A DNA stretch of 64,000 nt, taken from the NCBI RefSeq assembly GCF_963921235.1, contig NC_086097.1, forward strand, positions 42,658,001 through 42,722,000, in the 5' to 3' direction. The position numbers and the translations under genes were made by a program. Below are positions 51,869 through 64,000 of the stretch, piece by piece. Under the pieces are notes generated by a model. The model had not been told where the DNA came from and did no database searches. It saw only the letters and a program-made list of their open reading frames with translations. The stretch comes from Mobula hypostoma (Eukaryota). Numbering within the stretch: position 1 is the stretch's first letter; each line of letters begins with the position of its first letter.

Positions 51869-52412
51869 GCAACACTCACAACACGCTGGAGGAACTCAGC
51901 AGGTCGAGCAGCATCTGTGGAAAAAGATCGGTCGACGTTTCAGGCTGGAACCCTTCGTCAGGACTGTAGAGGGAAGGGGCAGAGGCCCTATAAAGAAGGT
52001 GGGGGGAGGGTGGGAAGGAGAAGGCTGGTAGGTTCCAGGTGAAAAACCAGTAAGGGGAAAGATAAAGGGGTGGGGGAAGGGAAGCAGGGAGGTGATAGGC
52101 AGGAAAGGTGAAGAAAGAATAGGGGAAAACACAATGGGTAATAGAAGGAGGCGGAACCAAGAGGGAGGTGGTAGGCAGCTGGGGGAGGGGGCAGAGTGAC
52201 ATAGGGATAGGGGAAAGGGAGGGAATTACCAGAAGTTGGAGAATTCTATGTTCATACCAAGGGACTGGAGACTACCTAGACTGTATATGATGTGTTGCTC
52301 CTCCAACCTGAGTTTAGCCTCATCATGGCAGTAGAGGAGGCCATGTATGGACATATCTGAATGGGAGTGGGAAGCAGAGTTGAAGTGGGTGGCTACTGGG
52401 AGATCCTGTCTG
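51869..52412 (-). mobile_element. Penelope-like 3' fragment (different subfamily) with 16-bp flanking duplication
   Basis: RQDLPVATHFNS...GMNIEFSNFW; AAACAGTTGAGTAAAA at 51853-51868 and 52425-52440. Confidence 0.85.
51931..51964 (-). ncRNA. Minimal hammerhead motif, core intact
   Basis: Minus strand reads GTC CTGACGA A GGGT TCCA GCCT GAAA CGTC GAC. Confidence 0.7.
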
Positions 52413-52561
52413 TTTTTGTTGAGTAAACAGTTGAGTAAAAACACAGTGCAGCAGGTGCTTCTTCACAAAGGGACAGAGACGGTTGAGTACTAAAAAAAAG
52501 GCAGAAACTGGGTTCATAAACAATGAGTACTGGTAATAATCATAAATCTAAAATAAAACTG

Positions 52562-52910
52562 AAGTGACTGGCTACATCAGAAAGATGGACGCATTTGATT
52601 GCACAAGAGATAACTGGATGATGCATACTGAATGAATGGAGCTGGTTTTTGAAGCAAATGAAATAGCCAATAAAAAATGAGTGCTGGTTTTAATGAGTGC
52701 AATTGGTGGAATGGCATACAGTTTGCTTAGAAGTTTAACTGTTCCAACCAAACCAGCCAAAATGAGCTTTGCTGATATCATGAAAGTAATGCAGGAACAT
52801 TTAGAACCAAAACGGTTGTTGACTGCAGAATCTTTAGGTTTCATATGCAGAATCAAAAGGAAGGAGAGACCATTCAGCATCCATGACTGAATTGAACAAG
52901 TTGTCTGAAG
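52562..52910 (+). pseudogene. Gypsy gag N-terminal remnant
   Basis: FEANEIA..VLMSAIGGMAYSLLRSLTVPTKPAKMSFADIMKVMQEHLEPK, FRFHMQNQKEGE. Confidence 0.8.
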
Positions 52911-53702
52911 AAAAATTTTTTTTGCCTTTTCTGTTTAAGGGCATTGATGCTTCTATACCAGGTTTTGATGCAACCAGCAGTATACTCTCAACCACACATC
53001 TATCAAAGTTAGTCAATGTTTTAGATACGTAAGTAATCTTCACAAACTTTTGACAACATAGAAGTGCTGCCATGCCTTCTTTGCAATGGCAGTTACATGC
53101 TGGACCCAGAACAGATTGACTGAAATGATAATCCCGAAGAATTTCAAGTTACTGACCCTCTCCACCTCTGACCCCCTGATGAGGACTGGCTCATGCATCT
53201 CCAGTTTCTTCCTCCTGAAATCAATAATCAGCTCCTTGGTCTTGCTGACATTCAGTAAGAGGTCGTTGTTGTGGCACCATTGAGCCAGGTTTTCAATCTC
53301 CCTCCTATTTGCTAATTTGGCCAATGACAATGGTGTTGTCAGCAAACATAAATATGGCATTGGGGCTGTGCTTAGCCTCACAGTCATAAGTGTAAAGCGA
53401 GTAAAGCAGGGGACTAAGCACACAGCCTTGTGGTGCATTTGCACTGATGGAGATTGTGGAGGAGATATTGCTAATCCAAACTGACTGGTGTCTGCAAGTG
53501 AGGAAATCAAGGATCCAATTGGACAAGGAGGTATTGAGGTCAAGGTCTTCAAGTTTATTGACTTGTTTTGAGGGAATGATAGAATTGAATGCCAAACTAT
53601 AGTTGATATACTGCATACTTATGTATGCATCTTTGTTCTAAGGTTGAGAAAAGAGCCAATGAAATGGCATCTGCTGTGGACCTGTTGCACTGGGTGGCAA
53701 AT

Positions 53703-54496
53703 GGGAGAAGTGTGAGGTGGTTCACTTTGGTAGGTCAAATATGACGGCAGAATATAGCATTAATGGTCAGACTCTTGGCAGTGTGGAGGATCAGAGGGAT
53801 CTTGGGGTCCGAGTCCATAGGACACTCAAAGCTGCTGCGCAGGTTGACTCTGTGGTTAAGAAAGCATACGGTGCATTGGCCTTCATCAATCATGGGATTG
53901 AATTTAGGAGCCGAGAGGTAATGTTGCAGCTATATAGGACCCTGGTCAGACCCCACTTGGAGTACTGTGCTCAGTTCTGGTCAGCTCACTGCAGGAAGGA
54001 TATGGAAACCACAGAAAGGATGCAGAGGAGATTTACAAGGATGTTTCCTGGATTGGGGAGCATGCCTTATGAGAATAAGTTGAGTGAACTTGGCCTTTTT
54101 TTCCTTGGAGCGACGGAGAATGAGAGGTGACCATATAGAAGTGTATAAGATGATGAGAGGCATTGATCGGGTGGATAGTCAGAGGCTTTTTCCCAGAGCT
54201 GAAATGGCTTGCACAAGAGGGCACAGTTTTAAGGTGCTTGGAAGTAGGTACAGAGGAGATATCGGGGTAAGTTTTTTTTACGCAAGGAGTGGTGAGTGCG
54301 TGGAATGGGCTGCCGACGACAATAGTGGAGGTAGATACGATAGGGTCTTTTAAGAGACTCCTGGACAGTTACATGGAGCGCGGAAAAATAGAGGGTGATG
54401 GGTAACCCTAGGTAATTTCTAAAGGTAAGGACATGTTCAGGACAGCTTTCTGGGCCGAAGGGCCTGTATTGTGCTGTAGGCTTTCTATGTTTCTAT
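53703..54496 (+). mobile_element. CR1, 5'-truncated, TTTCTATG-tail subfamily
   Basis: RDLGVRVHRTLK...[17 protein letters not shown]; tail TTTCTATGTTTCTAT. Confidence 0.9.
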
Positions 54497-55204
54497 ACAA
54501 GTTACTTCTCAGGCAGGAGTTGATATGTTCCATCGGCAAACTCTCAAAACACTTAATCACTGTGAATGGAAGTGCCACTGAAGGATAGTCATTGAGGAGG
54601 TTTACAATGTTCTTCTTAGGCACCGGTATAATTGAAGCCTGCTTAAAGCAGGTGGGTACCACAGACTGCCAAAGTGAGTGATTAAAGAACACGCCAGCAC
54701 AGCTCTCTAGTTTTCAGCTAGGTAGACCATCTGGGCCAGATTATTTCCGGGGGTTCACCATGCTCTCATGCTGGCCTCAGAGACTGAAATCGCAGGTTCA
54801 TCGGGGGCCGTGGGAGTTTATGATGGTTCTTACGTGTTTTAACAGTCAAAGGAAGCACAGAAGGCATTGAGCACATCTGAGAGCGAAGCCTTGTTGTCAC
54901 CTATTCTGCTTGATTTCACTTTGTAAAAGGTGATAACATTCGATCCGTGCCACAGCTGTCAAACATCCTTCACTGATTCAAGTTCAGTTCGGAATTGCCA
55001 TTTCCCTGTGAGATGGCTTTCTGGAGATTGTACCTGGTCCTCTTGTAACTTTCTTGGTTGCCAGACCTGAATGCCTCTGATCTAGCCCTCAGCAAGCTGT
55101 GGGTCTCATGGTTCATCCAGAGCTTCTAGATGGGGAAGACACTACATGATTTTGTGGGGACACACTTGTCTACAGCTGTTTTTACAATGTCACTGACAAA
55201 CCAT

Positions 55205-57085
55205 TAGACCATAAGATATAGGAGCAGAATTCAGTCATTTGGCCCATGAGTCTGCTCCGCCATTTCATCAAGGCAGATTAATTTCCCTCTCAACCCCAAT
55301 CTCCTGCCTTCTCTCCGTATCCCTTCATGCCCTGACCAGCAAGAATATATCAACCTCTGCCTTAAATCTACATCAAGACTTGGCCCTCACAGCTGCTTGT
55401 GGCAAAGACTTCCACAGATCCTCCACCATCTGACTAAAGAAATTCCTCCTCGTCTCCACTGTAAAAGGATGCTCCTCTATTCTGAGGCTGTGTCCTCTGG
55501 TCTTAGACTCTCCCACCATAGGAAACATCATCTTCACATCCACTTTATCAGGACATTTCACCATTCAATAGGTTTCAATGAGGTCACCCGTCATTCTTCT
55601 GAATTCTAGCCCAGAGCCATCAAAGGCTCTTCATATGACAAGCCATTCAATCCTGGAATCATTTTCATGAACCTTCTTTGAACCCTCTCCAGTTCCAGCA
55701 CATCCTTTCTAAGATAAGGGGCCCAAACCTGCTGACAATACTCCAAGTGAGGCCTCACCAGTGCTTTATAAAGTTTCAACATTACATCCTTACTATTATA
55801 TTCTAGTCCTCTTGAAATGAATGCTAACATTGCATTTGCCTTCCTCACCACAGACTCAACCCGCAAACTAACCTTTAGGAAATCCTGCACAATAACTCCC
55901 AATTACCTGCCCCTCCACCTATCTTCATATCGTCTGCAAACTTTGCAACAAAGTCATCAATTCCATCATCCAAATCATCAACATATAACGTAAAAAGAAT
56001 TGATCCCAACACAGACCACTGTGGAACAGCAGTAGTCACTGGCAGCCAAAAAATGCTCTCTTTACTTCCACTCTTTGCCTCCTGCCACTCAGCCACTACT
56101 TTATCCATACCGGAATCTTTCCTGTAATACTATGGGTTAGTAGCTTGTTAATCAACCTTATGTGTGGCTGTTAAAGGCCTTCGGAAAATCCAAGCACACA
56201 ACATCAAACAATTCTTCTTTGTCTATTCTGCTTGTTACCTCTTCAAAGAATTCCAACAGATTTGTCAGGGAAGATTTTCCCTTGAGGAAGTTATGCCATC
56301 TATAGCCTATTTTATCATATGCGTCCAAGAACTGAGACCTCATCTTTAACAATCGACTCCAACATCTTCCCCACCACTGACGTCAGATTAACTGACTTAT
56401 AGTTTCCTTTCTTCTGCCTCTCTCCCTTCTTGAAGAGTGGAGTGACATTTGCAATTGTCCAGGCTTCCAGAACCATTCCAGAATCTAGTAATTTTTGAAA
56501 GATCATTACTAATGCCTCCACGATCCCTTCAGCCACCTCTTTCAGAACTCTGGGATGTACACCATTTGGTCCTGGTGACTTATCTACCTTCAAACCTTTC
56601 ATTTCCCCAAGAACATTCTGTCTGGTTATGATAACTTTCACACACTTCATGACCCCTGACACCTGCAACCTCCACTATACAGCTAGTGTCTTCCACAGTG
56701 AAGACTGATGCAAAATACCTACTCAGTTCATTTACTATTTCATTGTCCTCCCTACCTCTTCAGCATCATTTTCCAGCTGTCCAATATACACTCGTGCCTC
56801 TTTTTCACACTTTATGTATCTGAAGAAACTTTTGGAATCCTCTTTAATATTATTGGCTAGCTTAATCTTTACCTTCTTAATGACTTTTTAGTTGCCTTCT
56901 GTTGGTTTTTAAACACTTCCCTATCCTCTAACTTCCCACTAATCTTTACTCTATTATATGCCCTCTCTTTGGCTTTTGGGTTAGCTTTGACTTCTCTGGT
57001 TAGCCATGTTTATGTTATCTTTGCTTTAGAATACTTTTTTCTCTTTGGGACAGCTATATCCTGTGCCTTTGGAATTGCTTCCAAA
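55205..57085 (-). mobile_element. CR1 ORF2 fragment, ACCATAAG-tail subfamily
   Basis: [51 protein letters not shown]. Confidence 0.9.
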
Positions 57086-57519
57086 CGTGGTGTATTAATT
57101 CAGATCCACAGATAAACCCTTGAATACGGCCCAGACTACCAATGAAACAATCGCAAAGCCCCTCCTCTGCCTCCCGCGAGCACTACTTGTCCTAATCTCT
57201 GGAGCCTTGCTCTTTAGCCTCTGCCTGTATGCAGGTCGGAGAAAGACAGCCAAGTGATCAGATTTCACGAGGTAGAGTCTGGGCATGGAATGATAGGCAT
57301 TCCTTATCTTTGTGGTAATGGTGGTCCAGTGTGCTAGGACCTCTAGTGCTGCAGTTAATATGCTGATGGTAATATGGCAAGGATTTCTTCAAACAAGCCT
57401 GATTAAAATCCCTAACTATGATTTGAAATGCTTCGGAGTGGGCTGTTTCTTGTTTGGCAAATGGTATAATATAGTACCTCAAGGCCTGATTACAGGCTGT
57501 TGTTGGTGGTATGTAACAA

Positions 57520-59920
57520 TGAATTTCTGGAGGAAAACACTTCAGTAAAGTGGATTTAGCTGAGGCCTACCTGCAGATGGAAATGGAAGAAGAGTCCAAT
57601 GTTTTTCTCACCATGTTTTTCTTACTTCAGTGGTTGGTAAGTTGATGGAGAAGATCCTGAGAGGCAGGATTTATGAACATTTGGAGAAGCATAATATGAT
57701 TAGGAATAGTCAGTATGGCTTTGTCAAAGGCAGTCATGCCTTACAAGCCTGATTGAATTTTTTGAGGATGTGACTAAACACATTGATGATGGTAGAGCAG
57801 TAGGTGTAGTGTATATGGATTTCAGCAAGGCATTCGATAAGGTACCACATGCAAGGCTTATTGAGAAAGTAAGGAGGCATGGGATATAAGGGGACATTGC
57901 TCTGTGGATCGATAACTGGCTTGCCTACAGAAGGCAAAGTGTGGTTGTAGATGGGTCATATTCTGCATGGAGGTCGGTGACCAGTGGAGTGCCTCAGGGA
58001 TCTGTTCCGGGACCCTTACTCTTCGTGATTTTTATAAGTGACCTGAATGAGGAAGTGGAGGGATGGTTTAGTAAATTTGCTGATGACACAAAGGTTGGGG
58101 GTGTTGTGGATAGTGTGGAGGACTGTCAGAGGTTACAGCGGGACATAGATAGGATGCAAAACTGGGCTGAGAAGTGGCAGATGGAGTTCAACCCAGATAA
58201 GTATGAGGTGGTTCATTTTGGTAGGTCAGATATGATGGCAGAATATAGCATTAATGGTAAGACTCTTAGCAGTGTGGAGGATCAGGGGGATCTTGGGGTC
58301 TGAGTCCATAGGACACTCAAAGCTGCTACGTAGGTTGACTCTGTGGTTAAGAAGGCATATGGTGCATTGGCCTTCATCAGTTGTGGGATTGAGTTTAGGA
58401 GCTGAGAGGTAATGTTGCAGCTATATAGGACCCTGGTCAGACCCCACTTGGAGTACTGTGCTCAATTCTGGTCACCTCACTACAGGAAGGGTGCAGAGGA
58501 GATTTACAAGGATGTTGCCTGGATTGGGGAGCATGCCTTATGAGAATAGCTTGAGTGAACTCGGCCTTTTTTCCTTGGAGCGATGAGAGGTGACCTGATA
58601 GACGTGTATAAGATGATGAGAGGTATTGATCGTGTGGATAGTCAGAGGCTTTTTCCCTGGGCTGAAATGGCTAGCACGAGAAGGCATAGTTTTAAGGTGC
58701 TTGGAAGTAGGTACAGAGGAGGTGTCAGGGGTAAGTTTTTTACGCAGAGAGGGGTGAGTGTGTGGAATGGGCTGCCAGCGGCCCTGGTGGAGCTGGAAAT
58801 GATAGGGTCTTGATAAAAATGATAAAAGACTCCTGGATAGATACATGGAGCTTAGAAAAATAGAGGGCTATGGGTAAGCCTATGTAGTTCTAAGGTAAGG
58901 ACATTTTCGGCACAGCTTTGTGGGCCGAAGGTCCTGTATTATGCTGTAGGTTTTCTATGTTTCTATGTTTTTTACACTCACAAGGGGCTTCATAGCTATA
59001 ATAGTCTTATTTTTGGAGTAGCATCTACACCTACACTCTGGCAGAAAGCTATGGACCAGGTACTGCAAGGCAGCCCAGGCTCTCAGTGCTATCTGGATGA
59101 CATCATTGTTACCAATAAGGATGACAAGGGACATCTTCAAAATATCAGGATAGTGTTAAAAAGATTAGAAGATTATGGGCTCAGAGCATGACACAATAAG
59201 TGTGAATTCTTTAAACCAAGCACCACTTACTGTGGCCACACCATTGGCACACAAGAATAATACAAGTGTGCTGATAAAATTCAAGTAGTGGTGGATGCCC
59301 CGAGGCCAAAGGACTCGTCAAAGTTGCAGTCCTTTTAAGGATTTGTCTATTACTATAACAGGTTCCTGTCAAACCTGGCTACTGTGCTCTACCCCTGGAA
59401 CACATTACTACAGATTGGGAAGAAATGGCAATGGAAAATGCAGTATGGGGTGGCTTTCCAAAAGACGAAGGAAATGGTGATGATAGACACTATACTTCCA
59501 CAATTTAATCCACACGGTCCAGTGAAGCTCCCCTGTGACACCTTGCCTTATGGTACAGGTGCTGTTGTGTCACATGTTATGAGTGATGGAAGTGAATACC
59601 CCATGGCCTTTGCATCACACTCCTTTACCGCTGCAGGGAAAAAATTGCACAAAGATTGACAGAGAAGCCTTACACTGCTTTGCAGTGTAAAATGTTTCAA
59701 CCAGTGAGAAAGAGTTCACCCTCATCACTGATCATCAACCATTGGTATCGATCCTCAATCCACAGAAGGGTGTCACACGAATATCAGCAGCACAAATGCA
59801 GAGATGAGCTCTGTTCCTTAGGGGGCACAATTACAAGACCAAATTCAAGAGGACAACTAATCATGGAATTGGTGATGGATTGTTCCATTTACCTTTGGAA
59901 AAGAAAATACCTGAACATTT
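57520..59920 (+). pseudogene. Gypsy pol remnant (RT and RNase H), split by a CR1 at 57620-58966
   Basis: GGKHFSKVDLAEAYLQMEM (57527-57590) continues at ~58972 with THKGL..FGVAS..MDQVLQG..CYLDDIIV, then LPCDTLPYGTGAVVSH and FTLITDHQPL. Confidence 0.85.
57620..58966 (+). mobile_element. CR1, 5'-truncated, TTTCTATG-tail subfamily
   Basis: VTSGVPQGSVPGPLLFVIFISDL..SKFADDTKVGG; tail TTTCTATGTTTCTATG. Confidence 0.9.
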
Positions 59921-59952
59921 GAGTTGGAGTTAATAACTAAACATAGGAGGAA

Positions 59953-60199
59953 CGTTGTATATTAATATTTCGGTAATATTTGAGTAGCATTGTAAATATA
60001 TTGTTTGATTAAGCATTCTTTGTTGCTTACATAATTCATTATAGGTTATATGTAAATGTACATGATTGACATACATCATTATGTCACCGCGGCATAAGTA
60101 CATATGCTAAAGTATATACTAACTGCGTACATTTTTATCCTGGTCTTCCCATGTTTTTCTTTCGATTAGTTTTATGTTCTGAAATTTCAAAACATAACA
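59953..60199 (+). repeat. 3' LTR
   Basis: Diverged direct repeat of 51511-51763, preceded by a purine tract. Confidence 0.85.
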
Positions 60200-62379
60200 G
60201 TAATGAGTCAGCAAATACATATCATCTTCATTTACCCTAGAACGTGGAATGGTGAACTACTGTCCTGAAGCTCTGCAGTTTGTTTGGGCAAAGTAACTCC
60301 ACAGTGCTGGTGAATAAGAAATTCCAGTGTTCTGACTCAGCATCAGTGAACTTTATTCAGGGCAGTGTGAAGGCTGAAGTGGGGTGAGGGGGAGGCTTGG
60401 GGGTGCAGGAGAAGCTCGCATCTGCTGGTGTTTGCATGTGCCTGCTGCTGTTGTCCTTCCAAGCAGCAGAAGTCATGGACTTGGAAAGCACTGCTGAAGA
60501 GGTTATGGTGTGTCAGTGTGGAATAAGATATCTGACAACCCTTGCATTTTAACAATCGATTGAGTGAGCATTTAAAGTAGGGGATTGGCACTAACCAATT
60601 GTTGCTTCATCTTCCTTTGTCCCAGATGGTGGTAAGCCTTTTCTGTACATTGGGATCAGCACTTCCATCCTGGCAGTTGAAGGTATATCAGATTCTTCAT
60701 TTAAACTTCATATATAATGTACTTTGCTTTGAGGAATCAACAGGTGAATCACAGCTCTGACCTTTTGTAGCCATGTGAATGGTCCAGTTAAATTTCAGGT
60801 TAATAAAGTCCAAATGTTAATGGTACTATCTAAGGGTGTATTACTTTATAATGGAGAACAGGTTAATGATGAAACAGATGAACAGGACTGAGCTTAGAAG
60901 ATTGCACAAGGGAGTTTCTGCTGTGATATCCTAGGGCTGAGATAATTTTATATGTTGATTATTTTATTCTCCTACAGGCTGAATTAAGCCTTTTGTACAT
61001 AATTGCTTTCAAGGTCTTAACAACACTAAAGTATGAGTAGATGTATTAAAATTCAAAAATGATGTAAAAGGCATGCAAATATTGAAATTAGATTGGAATT
61101 TATCTATTGCAGATTTATGAATGACAAAGAATATTTAAATTTGCAAGGGAAAGGGTCATTGAGTGGACTCGTCAAGAGACAGGAATTTAAATAAGTGCAT
61201 GAAGCAGACTACATTAATTTTAATTTGGTTTAGTTTACTTTGTAAAACGTACTGAGGTTGGCATTTTTCAATTAATCCTATTTCACTTCAGAGGTCAGTG
61301 AATAATAATAATGCATATTTATTCCCTTTGCTTGATATAGTTAGACTTATTGATGACTCTTCAGTACAGATTTGGCATGGTCAAAATTTTAAAACATTGG
61401 TATTTAAATAATTTCTGTTTGTTACATGGAAATTGCTTTTAAAGAATGTTTCTCTTAATATGCACAGATTTCAACAAGTGAAATTTAAGCATTCATATGC
61501 GACTAGAACTGTCTTCAAATTTCACCAATGGTTTGAACCAAATTATGTTTTAATTATGTGCCTTGTAGTCTTCTCATGTGAATATAGTATTTGGTCGTAT
61601 GGTAATACACGGTTTGGTCTTTGGGCAATGTGGCATTTTGATGTCAAATAAATGTATATCTGGGCAGTGTGAAGGGTGATCTTTTAATGTTCAGTGTTAT
61701 TTAGGTGTGTGAGGCATAGTCATTGGATGGTGGTTAGAGTGGATTTTAATGGTGTGTGATTTGTTGTTTGATGGGGTCTGCATAGAATTTTGATTGAGTA
61801 TGTGTACAGTATTTTGAAATGCTATTGCATGGATTTCTATAGCTTGTGATAATGTGGTCTTTTGTTTGAATATGGGGAACAATTGATATCAGTGTGTAAA
61901 CTATAATTTAAATACATTATTTTAAATAATGGACTACTTTCACTAAGGACATGCCAACATGCTGGTTGAGAATATTTTCTCTATCTTATTCTAGGAATTA
62001 ACAATCCTTTGAATGGGAATTCAAAGTTCAAAGTGCATTTATTATCGAAGTATACATTATACAATCTTGCGATCTGTCTCCTTACAGGCAGCCACAAACC
62101 AAGAAACTCAAAAGAACTCATAAAGAAAAACCAACAATACCCAATGTGCAGACAGAAAAAAAAACAGATCATACAAACAATAAAAGTAAGCAAATAGCAT
62201 TTAGAATGAAAGTGAGTCCTCAGACACAAAGCCCTGAGTGGCCAGGGCAGGTCGAAGCCTCAGGCTCAATTCAGCACGTAGCGGAGTGAACATCACGAAG
62301 CCCGCAGACACCGAACCCAGGGCAAGAAGAGCCGCCCCACAGCCTCAACCTCAGTGCAGCAAAGAGGTGAGTAAATGTC

Positions 62380-62779
62380 ACAGAGATTGCTTCATTTTCG
62401 CTCCCGGCTGTTTCTGGTATCTCCAAGCCTGATTGCTTGAAAGCACAGTGAACAAAACAGTTCTGAATTGTTTTATGGCTTATTTCTTGCCAGCTATCAG
62501 TGACAACCATCACTGCTGTTTGAACACAAGCACATGCAACTGAAGCTATTTATAAACTGCTCATTCTAAGCATGGTTTCGAGTCTAATGGCCGCACAAGT
62601 GCACACGACTGTCGCTAGTTAAAAAACTGTTCAGCAACAGTCTCTTTTCCAATTTGAGCAGCGTAGTTTCCCAAATAAACTAAGGGAATCATGGCTATTT
62701 TCTCCATTAGTTTTGTTCTTTAAGCGTTGTCCCAAATAAGCCCCAACTAACCCATGGCCCAATTAACTAGAATCTGCTG
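62380..62779 (-). mobile_element. Tigger/pogo-like non-autonomous remnant
   Basis: Minus peptide DSWQEISHKTIQNCFVHCAFK (Tigger C-terminal motif); end GCCCAATTAACTAGAATCTGCTG followed by TA. Confidence 0.6.
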
Positions 62780-62967
62780 TATATGGAACTGTCTTAAGCC
62801 ACATTAACTATTCATTATACAGTATTCATTTGGGTTTTATGCACCAACCCAATGACAGGAAGGTATTAGCCGATACATTATACCAAGTCAATGCTAGGAA
62901 GAAATAAGATATAAGAAAGGACTGAGACTAAAACAGAGAACATATCAAGTTTATCTTAGTATTCTAA

Positions 62968-63120
62968 TCACAAACAAGAGAATATCTGCAGATGAAGGAA
63001 ATCCAAGCAACACACACAAAATGCTGGAGGAACTCAGCAGGCCAGGTAATATCTATAGAAAAGAGTATAGTTGATGTTTCGGGCTGAGACCTGCTGCGTT
63101 TCTCCAGCATTTTGTGTGTC
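62968..63120. mobile_element. Asymmetric fold-back mini-PLE
   Basis: A tailed minus-strand terminus (ACACACAAAATGCTGGAG...) is followed by a short inverted copy, CTCCAGCATTTTGTGTGT. Confidence 0.7.
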
Positions 63121-64000
63121 CAGCTTAGTATTCTGTTTGATTGGACAGTAATGTTCAAAAATCACCGAGCAAAGTGTCACCAAAGATCAAAGTACATAAC
63201 AAAATACTTAGTAAGCCAGCAGATTCATTGTAAGGAACAGTTTTACAACTTTCCATCTCATACCCACAATCGTTCACAATGTATTTAATCAGCACACTAA
63301 ACACATTGACCTTAACTCACCAAATCACATAATCACAGGGTCTTGAATGCTAACTCACCTTTCATGGTTCCCAGATCTAAAGCAATTTCCTGCTCTTCAT
63401 ACTAAAAACAAAAATTAAATAAAAGCATACTGCTCAAGCATGCTAACTCAAGCCTGTTCAATTACCCAAGACCACAAAGTGTAGATCTGGCATTACACCA
63501 AACATTGTGATTAAATTGAATTTAATCATATTGTGTCTTGCATTAAAGTCCTTTGTATGGTGTTTTGAATGCAATATTTGCTGTGTTTTTCTGCTTGATA
63601 GAATAAAAAAGCATGCATTAAGTTAAAATATATGGAGCTACATTGCTTCTGTTTGATCAAACCCAACAGAATATGAGATACAAATGAGAAAAATGTCACT
63701 TTCAAGTATAAATTGAAGCAGATACACAGATGGGCACGTTCTCTAGAACCTTTGGATCCACTTTGCAACATTCCTGACAAAACTTTGATAAATAGAGTAA
63801 CTCCCCATCCCATACAATTTGCAACCACCTGACTGAGATGTCAGCAGCTTCTGTGTCACCTGGAGGATTGTTCCATTGTTTTCCCTTTACATTTTAAGAT
63901 AGGTAGATTGCATTAACTCTTTATAACATGATAAGTCAGGTTTAGAATATGGCATGCTGAGTTACGCTCCCTGTTATTGTTCATTAGAGTTCTCCAAAAC

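Larger units (their letters stand above)
52925..57520 (-). mobile_element. Old Rex1 copy split into three pieces (52925-53702, 54497-55200, 57088-57520) by two CR1 insertions
   Basis: [49 protein letters not shown] and KSDHLAVFL, in colinear order. Confidence 0.82.
51511..60199 (+). mobile_element. Gypsy/Ty3 (Mag, K02A2.6-like) LTR retrotransposon, decayed and internally deleted, hosting nested insertions
   Basis: Direct LTRs, PBS, gag remnant, RT (YLDD) and RNase H remnants, and a purine tract AGGAGGAA before the 3' LTR. Confidence 0.88.

Noticed and set aside
51506..60204. TSD for the Gypsy element
   Set aside because: The flanks CAAGT and GTAAT do not match, so no TSD is claimed.
1..64000. 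Prokaryotic operon, defence system or endogenous virus
   Set aside because: There is no gene-dense region, and every recognisable peptide belongs to a eukaryotic transposable element family.

Overview
Eukaryotic, CpG-depleted, repeat-saturated DNA with no intact host gene that I can support. The repeat families (HER1/CR1-type LINEs, Rex1/Babar LINEs, V-domain tRNA SINEs, Penelope-like elements) suggest a cartilaginous fish, probably a ray or shark (inference). Contents: a 38-bp minisatellite, many CR1 and Rex1 fragments, two RTE-derived elements, a decayed but full-length hAT transposon (27427-30977), Tc1 and Tigger remnants, and a Gypsy LTR element (51511-60199) carrying five nested insertions. 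More than 15 Penelope-like (PLE) fragments are present; many carry minimal hammerhead ribozyme motifs, and several form fold-back palindromes with a one-sided tail. The most unusual structures are: (1) a near-perfect 476-bp inverted templated duplication flanked by a 10-bp direct repeat (13009-14166); (2) palindromic mini-elements built around inverted hammerhead motifs, from two different families; (3) an internally deleted CR1 that keeps a tandem promoter-like 5' end and its TSD. All calls were made by eye. Boundaries of old repeats are approximate and no database searches were run.
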